Part shown: piece by piece, positions 50,902-64,000 of the stretch
Numbering within the stretch: position 1 is the first letter of the stretch
How the letters are laid out: each line of letters opens with the position of its first letter
From: Trichodelitschia bisporula
Taxonomy: Eukaryota
Direction: 5' to 3'
DNA length: 64,000 nucleotides
Assembly (NCBI GenBank): GCA_010356995.1
Contig: ML996695.1
Coordinates: 9,061-73,060 of the forward strand
Notes under the pieces: generated by a model
Databases searched by the model: none
What the model was told of the DNA's origin: nothing
The model's input: the letters and a program-made list of their open reading frames with translations, nothing else
Program-made: the position numbers and the translations under genes

Positions 50902-51899
50902 TTACCTACCCGTACGCGCATGGATCAATTTCCACACCCTGTCTTCATCGGGGCAATAAGCCTGGTGGGGCGGGTCACCGCAGTGGCCACACCGGCTGCT
51001 TAGGTCTGTCCCCCCTGGGAGTGTTGAAACAACAGCGCGGAGCTGTACAGGGCAAGTGGCAGTAACGTGTCCCGGAATTCCACAGTAGTAGCACTCGAGA
51101 CATTTGAATGAAGCCAGATGACGTGCCAGTCCGCACTTCCCCGCGGAGTGAGGTGGCTTGCGATGAAGATGACACCGCATCCTGGAAGAGCCTTCGGCAT
51201 GTTGCCCTTTCGTATGAGGAGAGGCAGTGTCGGCCGGGGGAGTCTGGATTCCGGCAGACCGATGGCGCTTGTTGGCGCTTTTCAGCAGAGGGGCTTGCAC
51301 TCCGCTTGTGGGTGGCCGCCGGAACAGCCTTCTCTTCACCACGTAAAGCCTCAGTGGTGGGGCCGACGTTGTCCCTAGGAGCGCCAAACTTCTGAATGAC
51401 AGGAAGTAACTTGGCCAGCGACAGGTTGAGCTCCATCAATGGCTTCCCACCCTTGCATATTAGATTCGTGAGTGCCACATACATCGTTGTACGGTATGCT
51501 TTGTCAGGAACGGCTTCTCGAATCCGTGCAGTGTGCTACGGAGCTGGAGCACGTGGGTGCAGAATGCCGCGGTCTCCCCATCCTCCTTGTACTGCATGTT
51601 CTGGAGTTCGTTCACCAGCTTCCTCCGCTCTTCAACACCCAAGGCAGCATGCAGAAACGCCATGAGCTCGACGGCGCGAATGCAATGGTCGATGAGTGCC
51701 TTGGCCGGACCAGGAAGAGCCTCGCTGATCATAAGCCAAGTTTGCGCATCCTTCCGACTCCAGACTTTGTGTTGTATGGCGGAACTGCTTGGGAGATAAC
51801 GTCCAGGAGACCGTGAAGCTCCAGTTTGTCTTCAAGAGCAGCGCGCCATTGTGCGTAATTTTCCGCATTCAGCTTTGGAATCGCGGGATCGGCTTCCAT
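50902..51899 (-). pseudogene. Degenerate Ty1/copia-type gag with zinc knuckles; no LTR or pol adjacent
   Basis: N-terminus IPKLNAENYAQWRAALEDKLELHGLLDVI; after a frameshift WSRKDAQTWLMISEAL; knuckles CYYCGIPGHVTATC and CGHCGDPPHQAYC. Confidence 0.75.
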
Positions 51900-52597
51900 T
51901 GCGCTGGATCATGGTGAGCAACAACTGATATTCAACGAAACATAGCTACTAGCACCAAACGGCTTACCGCAATGGTTACAAGAGGGATATAAAGATACTG
52001 GCACTTTGTGCACGGTTGGCAAGGTCTAAGATTATCGGTTCTGAAAGAGTGAGACTGGAAGTCGGTCATTCAGATGATGAGCTGGTGGGGATTCGGAGTC
52101 GAGGGGTGGAGTTGAAAGTTAGCCAAGAAGCTATGGGCAGCCTTGTCGGGAAGCCACCACTGCGGGTTGAGTCTATCCTTGAGGGAGGTAATTGTTGCCA
52201 CCATCCCCGAGCATCGTACTGAGAAAGAGACCCCGATTGTCAGAGTCGGAGCTGCCAAGAAGCTCACTCGCACTTCCTCAATCCAGGCCTCGAGCTTCTC
52301 ACTTTCCATCTTCTCACTTTCCACCTCCTCGCACCCCTCGATTTCCTCACAGTGCCACACCAAAAATGGAGCAAGGAAAGGTGGCACAGGTTTCCAAAAC
52401 TCCAAATCCAAAACATCCACAGCTCCAATCGACCATCAGCCAGCAATCCAACCAGTCCGTTCAAAATGTGAGTCTTCAGATCACCAACTGGACAGACGCA
52501 AAATTGACCGCAGCTAGGCTTCCAGCCGCACCCCCGCTCAGTAAGTGATACAGATCGTCTATCAACGCGGGCGGATCTCTAATTCTCAAGGTCCGCT

Positions 52598-52864
52598 GTG
52601 CTCCGCTTGATGAGTCAGTATCAGGCTGTTCGCAACGAAAACGAAGCTCTCAAAGCGCAGCTCGAGGCTGCCTGTGCCACTGTCGAACAGCATACCATGT
52701 TGATTCAGCAACAGCGCGACTACATGGAACAGCAACAAGCCTGGAGTGCGCAGCAAAGCTCCGAAATCATCAAGCTTACGACCCAGCGCGAAGCGGCGAA
52801 TATGGAGGTCGAAATCCTTCAAGGCATTGTCAGGGAGCATGAACAGCAGCAGCAACGGTTGTAG
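52598..52864 (+). CDS. Short orphan coiled-coil ORF (possibly a fragment)
   Basis: Q/E-rich heptad pattern VRNENEALKAQLEAA...; no recognisable family. Confidence 0.3.
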   Translation: MLRLMSQYQAVRNENEALKAQLEAACATVEQHTMLIQQQRDYMEQQQAWSAQQSSEIIKLTTQREAANMEVEILQGIVREHEQQQQRL

Positions 52865-53463
52865 TACTTGAAAATGCGATCAAGATCTTTGCGGGATGGC
52901 ACTAGTCAGAGGTAGTCACTAGATTATCCACTTGCCAAACGGTACAATGCATTTACCTATTGAACTCATGTTTTGTCTGCTCTCGAACAACAGCACTGAC
53001 CGCAAAACCGTGGCCAAACCCTCAGTAACACGGCAACCGAAGCGGGAGAGTCCTGAACCTCCTCACTCGCCGAAACGGCAGGGAAACCTATTGTCCGAAT
53101 TTGGGACTTCCCTCCCGACAAACATGGGATATGACCAAGCCAGTGGTAGGTAACAGGGGTTCTGCAGTTGTGGACCTGTGACTTACTCCTTGGTGGTTCA
53201 AACGCGTGGTGGAAGATGGGAAGACAAGCCCTTCGCAAGGCTGCCAAGTTTCAAGCCGGTCCCGATTGGCCAGCGCACAGGACATGGTGGGACAAAAGTC
53301 AGACGCGACCCACGCGGCAATGCGGTCGACCCCGGCCCCGACGCAACTGCGCGCCTCGTATAGATATTCCGTCCAAAGTCCCAAGGCAAAGAAGCGTGCA
53401 TCCGTAGCTCTAACCACCAACCGCCAAAAAGATATTGTCTCAAGCAAAAAGGGCAAAAGAATT

Positions 53464-53556
53464 TTCCGATACCGGGAATCGAACCCGGGCCTACCCGGCG
53501 CCGAAGCTAACTCTGGTGATGAGAGCGGGTGATCCTAACCACTAGACCATATCGGA
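53464..53556 (-). tRNA. tRNA-Glu(CTC) with 21-nt intron
   Basis: Reverse complement has a mature sequence identical to the 25025 copy. Confidence 0.93.
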
Positions 53557-53695
53557 TTGCTTGATGGAAGTTTTGTCAGGTCATTATTAGTAATGTCGCT
53601 TTAACTTTCTTGCGCACAAATGCCAAAACCATCACCGTCATCACGCATCCACTCACGCCACAGTACGAGGTATGCATTCCTACATCCGTACTGCT

Positions 53696-55255
53696 CTACG
53701 AAACCCGTCCCACGCCACAGACACACCAGAACCCGACCTCTCTCTTCCCTGCCCCATCAAGGTCACCCCCCGCCTCGTACTCCACCCTCACAAAAACCGC
53801 AATCTCAAGCACCTCCCCCCTTACAGCATCGCCTGCAGGCACAACCTCAACCACAACGCCCACCCAATTCCTCCCCCGTTCCCACACCTTCCCCGCCTCC
53901 GGCACGCCCCCACCCCCCTGCGAACCCCCCCCTCCATCTCTCGCAAGCGCCTCATCCCACACATCCGTATTCGCCCCAACCTCAAACGCAGGACATAAGA
54001 TCGTGACTCTCGCCTTCACAGGCCCAGTCGTGTCCCGCGCCGTCGCCAGCGTCACCTTCACAGCATCAAAGAGCGGATTCGTTAGCGTAAGCACGAAATG
54101 GCTCGGCAGGAGTGGCTTCAGCGACGGGACCTCTGCGCCGAGCCCGCCGAGCCCACTCACAGCAGTTGCCCGCGCCTTCGCGCCTAGAGGCCGTAGTCCG
54201 ACGCGCGGCACGTTGCTCCCCGCGACAACGCGGATCTTGTACCGTGTAGTGCTGATCTTCGGCTCGGGCCGCGACAGCAGCGTCCGGCAGGCACGGCAGC
54301 GCTTCGCGCGCTTGGTGCGCAGCAGCGAGGCGACGGGGCGCGCATCGTCCACGAATCGCGCTTCCGTATTGATTGCCGCTTTGTCCCCGCCGAGGGTTCC
54401 CTCCCAGCCGCCGGCTGCGGTGCGCTTAATCGTGTCGAGTTCCGACTCGGGGTCGAAGAGGACGAGGCCGTCGGCAGGTGTAAGCGCTTCGCTCATGGGC
54501 TTTGGGCGTTGCCGCTTGAGTTTCTTGCCCGTAGAATATAGGTTTAGGAGTCGGGAGATGGAGTGCGGCGACGAGAAGGCTTGCTCGGCGAACGCGTGCC
54601 CCGGCGCGTCCACATCATGGGTGATTTGGTTCTTGTAGAAGGCATTCAGCGCGGTGAACACCTCGTCGCGGGTTTTTGGGTCGGGTTTCGGGCTCGATGC
54701 GCGCGAGAGGTCGGGGTCGGGGGTGTCGACGGGGGTGGAGGGTTCGGGACGCTTAGAACCAGAGAGCTGACCGGTGATGTTGTTTGGTTTGTCAAACTTG
54801 AGGTCTATATCTAGCGAGGACCAGGTGCAGTACGGACAAGTGAGGATGAAGGGCCCAGTGAGGGTTTCGGAGGTAGACTCCGGCGGGTCAAGAGGGTTGA
54901 CCGCGAGAGGCGCGGTGCACTGGGGGCAGTTGTAACAGCTGCGGGTGCACCTGAAGGTATTAGCGACGCGGTTGAGCTAGATCTCGACGTACTGATTGCC
55001 CTCGCTGCGGACCGTGCTACTCGGCACCTCGAACAGGCAGCTTGGGCAGTACCAACATACCACCTCCTCCGCTGTGCAGCGCGGACAGCGCACTTGGTGG
55101 CACTCGGTGCAATAGAGAAGGTGTTCCAGAGGGTACAATGAAAAGGCGGCGCGGGGAGAGGAAGGGTCGAAGGTGTCGTCTTGCTCAGGGAGTGTAGAGT
55201 CTGTCGGGTTGATGCACGGGCACGAGTAGTAGGTGTATGGAAATTGGGTCGCCAT
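53696..55255 (-). CDS. Dynactin p62 subunit (DCTN4/ro-2 family); intron ~54951-54992
   Basis: FPYTYYSCPC, LYPLEHLLYCTECHQVRCPRC, YCPSCLFEVPSS, CTRSCYNCPQC, LRTKRAKRCRAC, FWCVCGVGR. Confidence 0.9.
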
Positions 55256-56511
55256 GGTGGAGAGGATCGTGGTGAAGTCGCGCGTGGACGGGATCTAGCT
55301 GTCGCGTACGGTGATGCTGGATCTGGGGATCATTGCGGCGTTCGAATGCGGAGCTCGACTGGCATACGAAAAGGGGCTCAAGGGGACGCGATGGGAGCTG
55401 GGGCTGCGTTGTTGGCGAGGAGCTGGTGGGGGGGAGGTTGTGACCGTAGTTTGGGCGCAGAAGGTGCAAGCATCACGGTCGATCCAAACAGGAGCGACAT
55501 CGGGTCACTCCACAACTTCCGCACACTGTGCGATGCGGGTAACGGACTAATTCTATCTGCTGCATCAGAGACTGATTGTCATTCGATTCGGCATTCGGCC
55601 ATGAATAACCTATTTCCGTCCCAGGCGTCTCCATCGTTATTGTCGCAGACTTCATGAACAGCCCCAGGTGCGACACGTACCCACAACCTCCGTTTGCACT
55701 CTAAAAAGTGTGTCGCTCGATTCAGGACATGATCTTCCTGCAGTCAGCCGAATTTGGCAATCCGAGAGTGCATGGCTGGTTTGTTGCACTTTATTTGAAG
55801 CATTTGATCACGCCCTAAAATTCAAGCCCGGAATGTAGTTGAAGACATAATCAACCTTAACTCGACTTCCACTCCAACACCTCCCGGAATCGAGAATGGC
55901 CTGAACGGTCCCTAAATCGATACTATACTGTCCTGCAGCATGGGCAGACACTCTTGCGTTTATTCCGAGTAGTCCGACGACGTCAAAGGTATTCGTTGTC
56001 GCGACATCGCGGAATGCCGACAGTGGACGAGCAACAACATCACGGCAGGGAACGACGGTGGGCAGGCACGATCGGCATGCAACGCAAGAAAATCTCGGAG
56101 AAAGATGATGAGGCACGATAGACATGAACGGCGAGTGCATGAACTGATGTTCCCCAGCGCGGATGGACCGAGAACGATGTGGAAAAGAAGACAAAGCAGC
56201 TAATAGAGTCCAGTGCCGCGAAGCCATTCCGAACAGCCAAAATACTCAAACCTCATTCGACAAAGCAAATTGAAACGTCACAGCAACAGCAGCTTTTCTC
56301 ATGGTCAATTACTCATCACCGCTCGCTCAACAGTCAAACATGTTCAATTCTCCAAACCATCTAAACCCGCCTCCCCACACCATTACTAGCTACGAAGTCC
56401 ACCCAAGAAACGAATACCCGACCAACCAAGACATCATGTTCATGAACAAGCCCGGCTCCGTGCAACGGGGGACCGGCATGCGCCCGAGCTGGCCAAAGCA
56501 CCGTAAGGCGC

Positions 56512-57245
56512 TTACAGAAGAAGAGCAGCAAGGGCACCCGCGCCAGCGGCCAGGACACCTGCCTGGACGTTGGACGCAGCGCCAGTGAACTGCGTGTACG
56601 GCTTGACGGGCGAGCTGGAACATGTTAGCGACATTCAAATCAGCAGGATTAGAAAACTCACCCGGTGCCGTAGCTGATGGGAGCAGTGCCCGACGGCTTG
56701 TAGCCGGAGGCGGGGCCGGACGGGTACACCGGCTTCACCGGGAGCGAGACGGGGGCGCTCGGCTTGCTTCCGCCGGTGACGGTCACGGTGTAGGTGGTAG
56801 TGTAGTCGGAGCAAGTCGCCGGGACCAGGGCCTTCACGGGGAGCGAGGGGGAGGCGCTGGGGGTGACGGTGATGACATAGGTCGTGGTGACGGGGACCTT
56901 GGTGGTGTAGGTCTTGACGGTCGAGGACTCGGTCACGGTCTTGCACAGATCGGTGTAGATGGTCGAGGTGATGGTCTTGGTGGTGTACACGAAGGACTTC
57001 TTGACCGACGACGAAGAGGCCTTGGCCGAAGACGACGGGTAGTAGTAAACCGCAGACGACGACGACTTGGGGTAGGCATAGACCGAAGACGACGACTTGG
57101 GGTAGTAAGGCGCAGACGACGACGCAGGCGGGTCGTAGTAAACGGCGCTGCTGGAGCTGGGCTTGACCGGGGGAGCAGACCAGTCGTCACCGTACGCAAC
57201 GGAGGCAGCGGCCGCGCTGATGAACATGAGAGGAGTGAACTTCAT
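56512..57245 (-). CDS. GPI-anchored Ser/Thr/Pro/Tyr-rich cell-wall protein; intron ~56616-56661
   Basis: Signal peptide, YYPKSSSS repeats; spliced last exon FTGAASNVQAGVLAAGAGALAALLL* is a typical GPI signal. Confidence 0.85.
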
Positions 57246-60200
57246 TTTGACTGAGGGGGTGGTTGGTTGGTGGATTAGATTAAAGACAGTAAAAGTTGGA
57301 TGCGTTGGTTTCGTTGAACGAATGGACGACCGAAGTCAACAGTAGATGCAGATGAAGATTGAGTGAGTTGGTGGAGAGAAGAACATACCGAAGGGAGCGG
57401 CGCCGCCTTTATCACTGAGCGGGAGATTAGCTCGACAACGGTCGTACGGACCGCATGCGGCTGGCAAAAGCAGCGGCGGGTCTCCTGAATCCCTATCGCC
57501 CTGTCGGATGGGCGTGGCATCTGGCAGGGGGGTAGGGGTTGCGCGCGGGAGGAGGCTGTGAACGGCACGCGCGAGAGGTCCGCCTCCCAGCGCCGCCTCG
57601 TATATTGGAAATTGAGGGGAACATGACTGGAGGAGCTTGCATCTGGCATGTCGATTTTGCATCCATTTGCCTTCACGCCTGTCTTGCACGATGTGTGGGG
57701 AGCTTGTAGTTCTAGTCCGTGGATCGTGAGCCAACTGTGGGATGCGGGGTCTAGTCGAGCGGATGTCCGTAGTTCGCTGGCTAGTTTGTCCTGGCAATGA
57801 TGGCCCGCGAAGCTACAGCGGACTCTCGTCCGGAGTGAAAAGCTCCAAGACGACGGCGTTGCGGCCAACTCTCTGAGCTGGCTCTTCGCTACTTCATACT
57901 GCCCAAAGCGGGTTAGCCAGGGGGGAGAGGCGGCAGGTGCCAAGGTAATGCCAAGTCTTTGCAAAGCTTGGGCGCGTTGTCGAGGGCTCACCGCCGCCCC
58001 TGTGGCTGATCGTGGGAATTGGCTGCTTTGAGCTCTTTGAATGTGGAGCCGCGCTTGAGGTTGTGCTGTCTGGTCTAGTGACCGCTAGTTGCTGACAAGT
58101 GAATTTGCCTTGCGTGCATTGGTGCCGTCATTGTCTGCTACTGCCATGGTATGATATTCAGCCCAGTGTTCCTCTGCTTCCTTCGTGAATCCATCAGCTT
58201 AGGCGCGAAATGAACGCGTCAAAATTGGCCTCATCCGCCAAGATACAGTGTGTGGACCGCCGTAAGCATGCAGCGCAACCCGTCAGCCCGTACCGTTGCT
58301 GCGCGGATCCACCTACCCAACGGCGGCGTAGTCGAAACAACAAACAGTGTTTCCTCCTTGGCTGTTCCTGCATGCGCGCCTGCGTCCCGCACCCTGACCT
58401 GGTCTAGCCAGGCCTGCTCGCTGCAAATCCCCTGCCGGTCGGTGTTTCATTGGACGCAAAGCTCGGCGCTCATTTGTTGTGCCGCGCGCATTTGTGGGGT
58501 GGACGAATGACCGAGCCGGGGCGTTCTGCGGGCGGAAAACGACAATGAGGTGAGCGGACCCGGTCGCGGCGTGGTGACAACGGTAATGTCTCCTTGTCCC
58601 TGAGCTCCGAATTGTACTGCAACATCGAGGCTTCTATGGCGGGATCCTGACGTCAAGGTGCGCGCTCGGGCTATCTCCACCACATCCGCAATTAGCAACG
58701 CGGCATGCCGCCTTGTTTCTGGACTTGCGATGGCGCTGTGGCGCTGACAAGTCGCCGGTTGCTAAGGTTATCAGACAACGAAGGATATCGGGCGGGCTCC
58801 GCTTTGATAACAGTGAGCCATCCACGGCTAGAGATCCGAAGACTGCACAAAGCAGACAGCCGCAGAGTGCGGTGTAACGGCGCACCGCTACAGCTCCTCA
58901 AGCTTACTGACCTTCAGCTACTGGGCATCAGGCACTCCGCTGCATGTAGTCCGGCTGTGGGCTTTTCAAAGGCGTAGATGCGCCGCGCCCGGCTTCCTTC
59001 AATAACTTTTCGGTACCCCTTCGCCGTGCGGGGGTGAAAGCGCAATTCGCGCGTCTGCCGCCGCGTGGCGGTGTGAGGAGTCCAGTAATCTCGGTGGGCG
59101 TTGCTAAGAAGGTTGTCGTTGAGATTGAGATTCACCATGTCAGTGACACTCTCCTTAATGCGCGAGCTCGGGCCTACGGCTGAGGATTCATTATCGGCAT
59201 CTGCCATCTGGTGGCGATGCGGTCGTAGGGGTTAGCTCACCACGAAGTTGGTGGTTTTGGGGTCGGCTGTCGAGGGGCGCTGGTGGAGAGGTGGTTGAAC
59301 TTTCATTTAACGCGCGCGGGGGTCGCAACTTGGAAGTCGCGGTTCGGTTCTTGTCCATCTCCCGCGTTCTTGCCGCGTTCTCTCCGTGTTCTTCCAGGGG
59401 CTCGGTCTTCGCCATCATTGCCCTGGCGATCAAGTGTTCGTCAACCGCCGGCATCACGAACAAGCAATTTTCGATCCGATTCTCCTCCAGGATGCGCCGA
59501 AACTTTGGACTGATATGTGGCATGAGGATGGGATGAAGTCGCGCAGTAGAGGATCTAGAGGATCCACATTCCGCTGCGGAGAGACCCTAGCGCCGGGGAA
59601 TGCAGTTATCCCAATCCATGCGCCATGCAGTTGTTTCTCCTTTCTCTGCTCGCTTGATTCCCCGCTTGGTCTTGCTTGAGCTTCGTTTCTTCCCATGTCT
59701 TGCAACCAAGGGAAACCGCGACATTCCCAAAGCTTGTCCTCACGTCGTTAGCCACGGACCAGCATGCGCTCGCTATTCTGTCGGGCACTTTGAGGAATCT
59801 CTTCGCTCCCGGTCCAAGGGCTCACCAATGCACGTCACTCAGGCCAGGCTAGCTGACTACCCCATTGTAGCTCCGTTTCAGCGTACTAAGCTTCTTCAAC
59901 TGCCCGCACGGTTTCCATGGGTTCCGCCCACGGTGCAAACCAGATCCTGTCCATCATAGTTCCGCCCAGCTACCGATTCTCGACCGGCCGTTTCAGCACG
60001 CTCCGATCTGGGCGAAGTACCCACTCGATCTGCGGGTGATTTCCGGACGGACGGCGCCGTCGGCTTGCCGCGGGGTTCGTCAAAGGTGGGGCGAAGGCGG
60101 GGTGCACTTGTCGACTTGAAACGCTGGTTGCTTGCTTCGCGCGAAGTCATGGTTTGGGAGCGCGATGGACAAAGGCGAGACCTGGACTGGGGAGCAGCTG

Positions 60201-60442
60201 TTGCATGGTCCCCTTCCGTTTCGTTGCATGGCGTCATAGCATCGTTCACGAAGTTCGCTCGACAGAAGGTGAGGCAGCGTTTTAGCAATATATACGAAGT
60301 TCCCGTACCGCCGTCGCGTGCATTTTCGAAAGTGTCCGCCTACCTCCATCCCGTCGATAAACTTCCCTTCCGGTTGTCACCATCGCTAAAAACTCGCAGC
60401 TCAAGTACTATGTTTCCAACCAATCGTCCCATCAAGCTTCAA

Positions 60443-60534
60443 TCCTCCGTGGCGCAATTGGCTAGCGCGTCTGACTGTTACCCTCGATTCGAGATGCAAT
60501 CAGGAGGTTCGTGGTTCGAGCCCACGCGGGGGAG
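60443..60534 (+). tRNA. tRNA-Asn(GTT) with intron
   Basis: TCCTCCG/CGGGGGA acceptor, TGGCGCAATTGGCTAGCGCG, CT-GTT-A, GGTTCGAGCCC. Confidence 0.9.
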
Positions 60535-61372
60535 GATGAGATAGCTCTTTTTTTCGTCCCTACCTAAAGTTGCGCTAAAGCTTTTTGGCCGCTCGCCGGG
60601 CGGGGCGGAATATGGCGACGAGATCTGTGTGCGCGGGCGAAGCGAGCCGGGCGTGTGACAGCGCGTCGTCGGCCGGGGTAGACGCAATGCCGCCACACGC
60701 GTGAGACGACGCGCATCCACAGCTTCGCGACACACGAAATGTCGGTAACCACGCGCCGGCCCGACCCGTAAGCCTCATACCCAACCGACGATGGGTGACG
60801 CGTCAGTGTGCGCGGACGGCGTAGGAGACGTTGGGATTACGAACGCGCGGGGCATGGGCTCAGAGTAAGGAGCGTTCTTCTGCTTTTGCTGCTTGCGTCT
60901 CTGATTCATTCTAGCGGTCTTGCTCGCTCTTAGGGTGCACGTCGTTTGCTGGGGCTGATTCCTGATTCCTGCGTATTGCGTCTATGGTGTGGCTAAAGAC
61001 TGAGGTTTGGCTTCTTCGTAGAGCGGTCCACAAGGGATTCAGCTGTGACCGCACGCGATTGTTCTTCGCGGCCCTCTCCATGCTGAAAAGTAACAACAGG
61101 CTGGTAGATGCCAGAATCATGATTGCGAAATCTCCATCTACTGCTGCTCACGCCACTACTCTATCTGCTTACCTGAAGCTTCGCGACTCGATGGCCAGAA
61201 GACATATCGTATTCCTGCGCAAGCTTCGGAGGCCAACTTGTCCCATTAGTTGCCACTCATTTATCCGTGAATGACCGGACGGTAGGTCAGTATTGCATCC
61301 GAGTAGAGTATGGCGCTGACAAACATGCGCGGCCAGAATGACAGCAAAAGAGCAAAAGAGCAAAAGGAATTT

Positions 61373-61451
61373 TTCCGTTACCGGGAATCGAACCCGGGCC
61401 GACCCGGCTCTACATGAAAGCGGGCAATCCTAACCCCTAGACCATAACGGA
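61373..61451 (-). tRNA. tRNA-Glu(TTC) with 7-nt intron
   Basis: Reverse complement TCCGTTATGGTCTAGGGGTTAGGATTGCCCGCT-TTC-A[TGTAGAG]CCGGGTCGGCCCGGGTTCGATTCCCGGTAACGGAA. Confidence 0.9.
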
Positions 61452-64000
61452 TACTTTGATGCTGAAAGTTGTTTGGCTAAAACCTAGGTGGGGACGTGGA
61501 GCTGGAGGATCGGGGACCACTCGGTGCAGAGCCGGGGAACGTGAGGACATCCAGACTTTTCTTGCTCGCACTTACCACTCAGAACAAAAGCCAGAGAACA
61601 ACAGAAGCCGATGCGATACACCTGCTGCTTTGAGAAGCCAATGCACTGTCGTGCAGCCCCAAATCCTGTCAGATCGCCGCTCCAATACTCCCGACGGCGC
61701 ACGCAACGATTTTCAAGAGAAGAAAGCTTTAAGGGAACAGGCGCATAAAACTGCAGATCAAGCGGACAGAGTGGTCATACAGTGGCACGCTGGCATATAG
61801 CTCAGTGATTGACGAAGGCAGCTCCGCAAATGCCACACAAAGCTCGAAGAGTGCCCACTAGTGACGAGCATATTGAGGAGGCGATAGGGGTGCGAAGCAC
61901 CCCACAATGAGATCAAGGTCTTTGCGGGGAAGGCTGAAGGGTCTTAAACGATGACGTTGGCCCGGGGCGGACAATGGGGGCATACGTCCACCGGCAGTGA
62001 GCCAATGGTACGCTAGCCAGGGACGGAGAGGCGGAGTATCAAAGTACACGAAAGGCGGCAATCATATGAAGGAAGCAAACTCCGATGGACATCTTCGGAT
62101 GCTGGGGGCTTGCAGCTTCACATTCAGAGCAGCACTTCTCCGTGTCTTTGAGATCACCTCGCAACCTCTACAAAGTAAGCAACCAAAGCCCGCCGTACCG
62201 TGCAATCTCCAAGTTGATGTGCAAGTCGATTTCCTTCACCATGGGGATACTCAACGGACGGCATCAATCAGATTCTTGTTTTCCAGGTCTCCGTCAAGAG
62301 AAGGCGTGCTACCTTCTTGAATTGACGGACCATTTTAGGACTCCGGTGATTCTGTATGCCACGAGCAGCCCTATCCCGGTGGTCATGGGGGAGGTTGAAC
62401 GTACGAGGAATACAGGTGTAAGAGTGCGGCCACAAAGTTCCCCACACTCCGATTCCGGTGGCAAGCTGACGAGCAGTAGCCTTAAAGTCCTCTCTTGCTC
62501 CAGCAAGCCAATTCAGCGGACCCGCCAAAAAACAACCAGTAAGTCATGTCTCCACCATCAGTTCAACTAACAACCCTACAGGAATGGGTGCTCCAGCCAA
62601 CTTGCTGTCTAGCTCTCCCGCATCTCGGGTGAAGCTCCCACCGTACATAATGGGCAGGCTGGCGGCAATTTGTGCAGAAGACATTCGTGTCAGCAACGCC
62701 CACGTCGGAGACAACACCCAGCCTCCGTGGCCCCACGGTCTACCTTGGCCGCAATGGCGGGTCGCGGCTGTGGTACTACGTGGAATACTCAGCCGCCCAT
62801 ACGAGGAGCAGCGTTACACCTCATTTCGTTCCTCAGAGGACCTCCCGGGATATATTCCGCTCGACAGCTGGCGATCGCAGCCCTCCTCAATAAGTCGAGA
62901 TGATTGAGACAGTTGACAGTGACCCCGAGACCAATCTCCCTGGGCCCCGCAACTCAGCCGAGCCACCTGAACCTTCGGAATCATCACAGCCCTCACTGTT
63001 AGCGCACGCCTTCAGAAACTCAACAGGCCTTTTGGGACGTCCGAATCAACTGGCCTCTGACAACCATAGCCAACTGTCTCCAGAGTACCCATATCTCTCT
63101 ACCCATCAGGAGCATCCTCAACCACTCTCCCGGCGCAGTGCCTGGCTGTGCTGTCCTCAAGCCACGTGTGACCCTCATCATATTGATTACAGTCCGCCAG
63201 TCTATCCTAACGAGCATACACTCCTTCCAACGCCGACCGCCCTTTCATCGGCGACCGGTAATCCCTGGCTTTGTCCCCAGTCCCAAATTTTTGTTTGTAT
63301 CTGCGGTGCTCAATCTGCGGTGCTGGAGGTCGAGTCCGACACTGACATGCCGGAGGCAACCAACCAAGGAACTGATGGTAGTGCTGAGGAGAACGGCGAA
63401 GGCAGTGATGATGATGGCGAGGAGGGGTGGAGCAGCTTCTTTCGACAGCTGCGGCTCCAGTTTGGGGACCGGGCTAGGCGACACTGAAAGTGGAGAAGAG
63501 ATGCGCGGCATCGAACGGACTGGTTGATGACGGCCAAAGGCGTCTGCTTTATCAAGGAAGTCTACCTTAAGGTTACGCGTTTCTAGATGCTGTGAGTTTT
63601 GATTCGGGGTCCAAGTTTCTTCAATTTCTACTCGTTTCCGGTTGAAATTCACTCGCGGCATTATCATCGGAGGTCCTGATGCAGAGCTAATGTTGTGGCG
63701 CTGTGGTGGTTGGATGCGTGGGTTACTCAACCCGGGAAGGCTAGCGGCTCGGCCCGCTTCCCGCCGCCACTAGGTGCAGATGCGGAAGGGTATCATGACA
63801 TCACACATGGCACACCACACATCACAAATACAAATGCCTCGGTTCACTGATCCATTGACCTTAAGCTATCCATAGAGGACTGAACCTGGGACATGCACAC
63901 CATCTCCATAGCCCTTAAACGAAGATCATGGTAACCGAGTTTTTCCGCGGACTTTTAGCTTTTCATGTGTTTTTGCTGGAGGTTTAAACTTTTTGGTTCG

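Noticed and set aside
62900..63487. 195-aa ORF with acidic tail
   Set aside because: No recognisable motif; cannot be distinguished from a chance or decayed ORF

Overview
Genomic DNA from a filamentous ascomycete (Pezizomycotina-type genes, very short ~40-60 nt GT-AG introns, intron-containing tRNAs and a dispersed 5S rRNA). Bases 2.6-34 kb are a compact core-gene block: a PMC1-type Ca2+-ATPase, ATE1, a Ddp1-like Nudix hydrolase, a HET-domain protein, homocitrate synthase, an F-box/WD40 protein, RPS3, myotubularin, PAM18 and RLP24, plus two orphan secreted repeat proteins with Kex2 sites. Bases 34-64 kb are gene-poor. They hold a PTH11-like receptor, dynactin p62 and a GPI wall protein, and decayed accessory islands bounded by Pol III genes. 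These islands contain a P-loop/nuclease (Crinkler-like) pseudogene, an exonuclease/C2H2 relic, coiled-coil pseudogenes, an LTR-less copia gag, a 32-bp-stem hairpin and a four-copy nested foldback. A copia 5' LTR with its PBS lies at the left end. The leads most worth following are the nested foldback at 47.8-48.4 kb, the pre-miRNA-like hairpin at 44.4 kb and the acidic Kex2-processed repeat precursor at 6.5-7.0 kb. All calls are by eye; no database searches were run.
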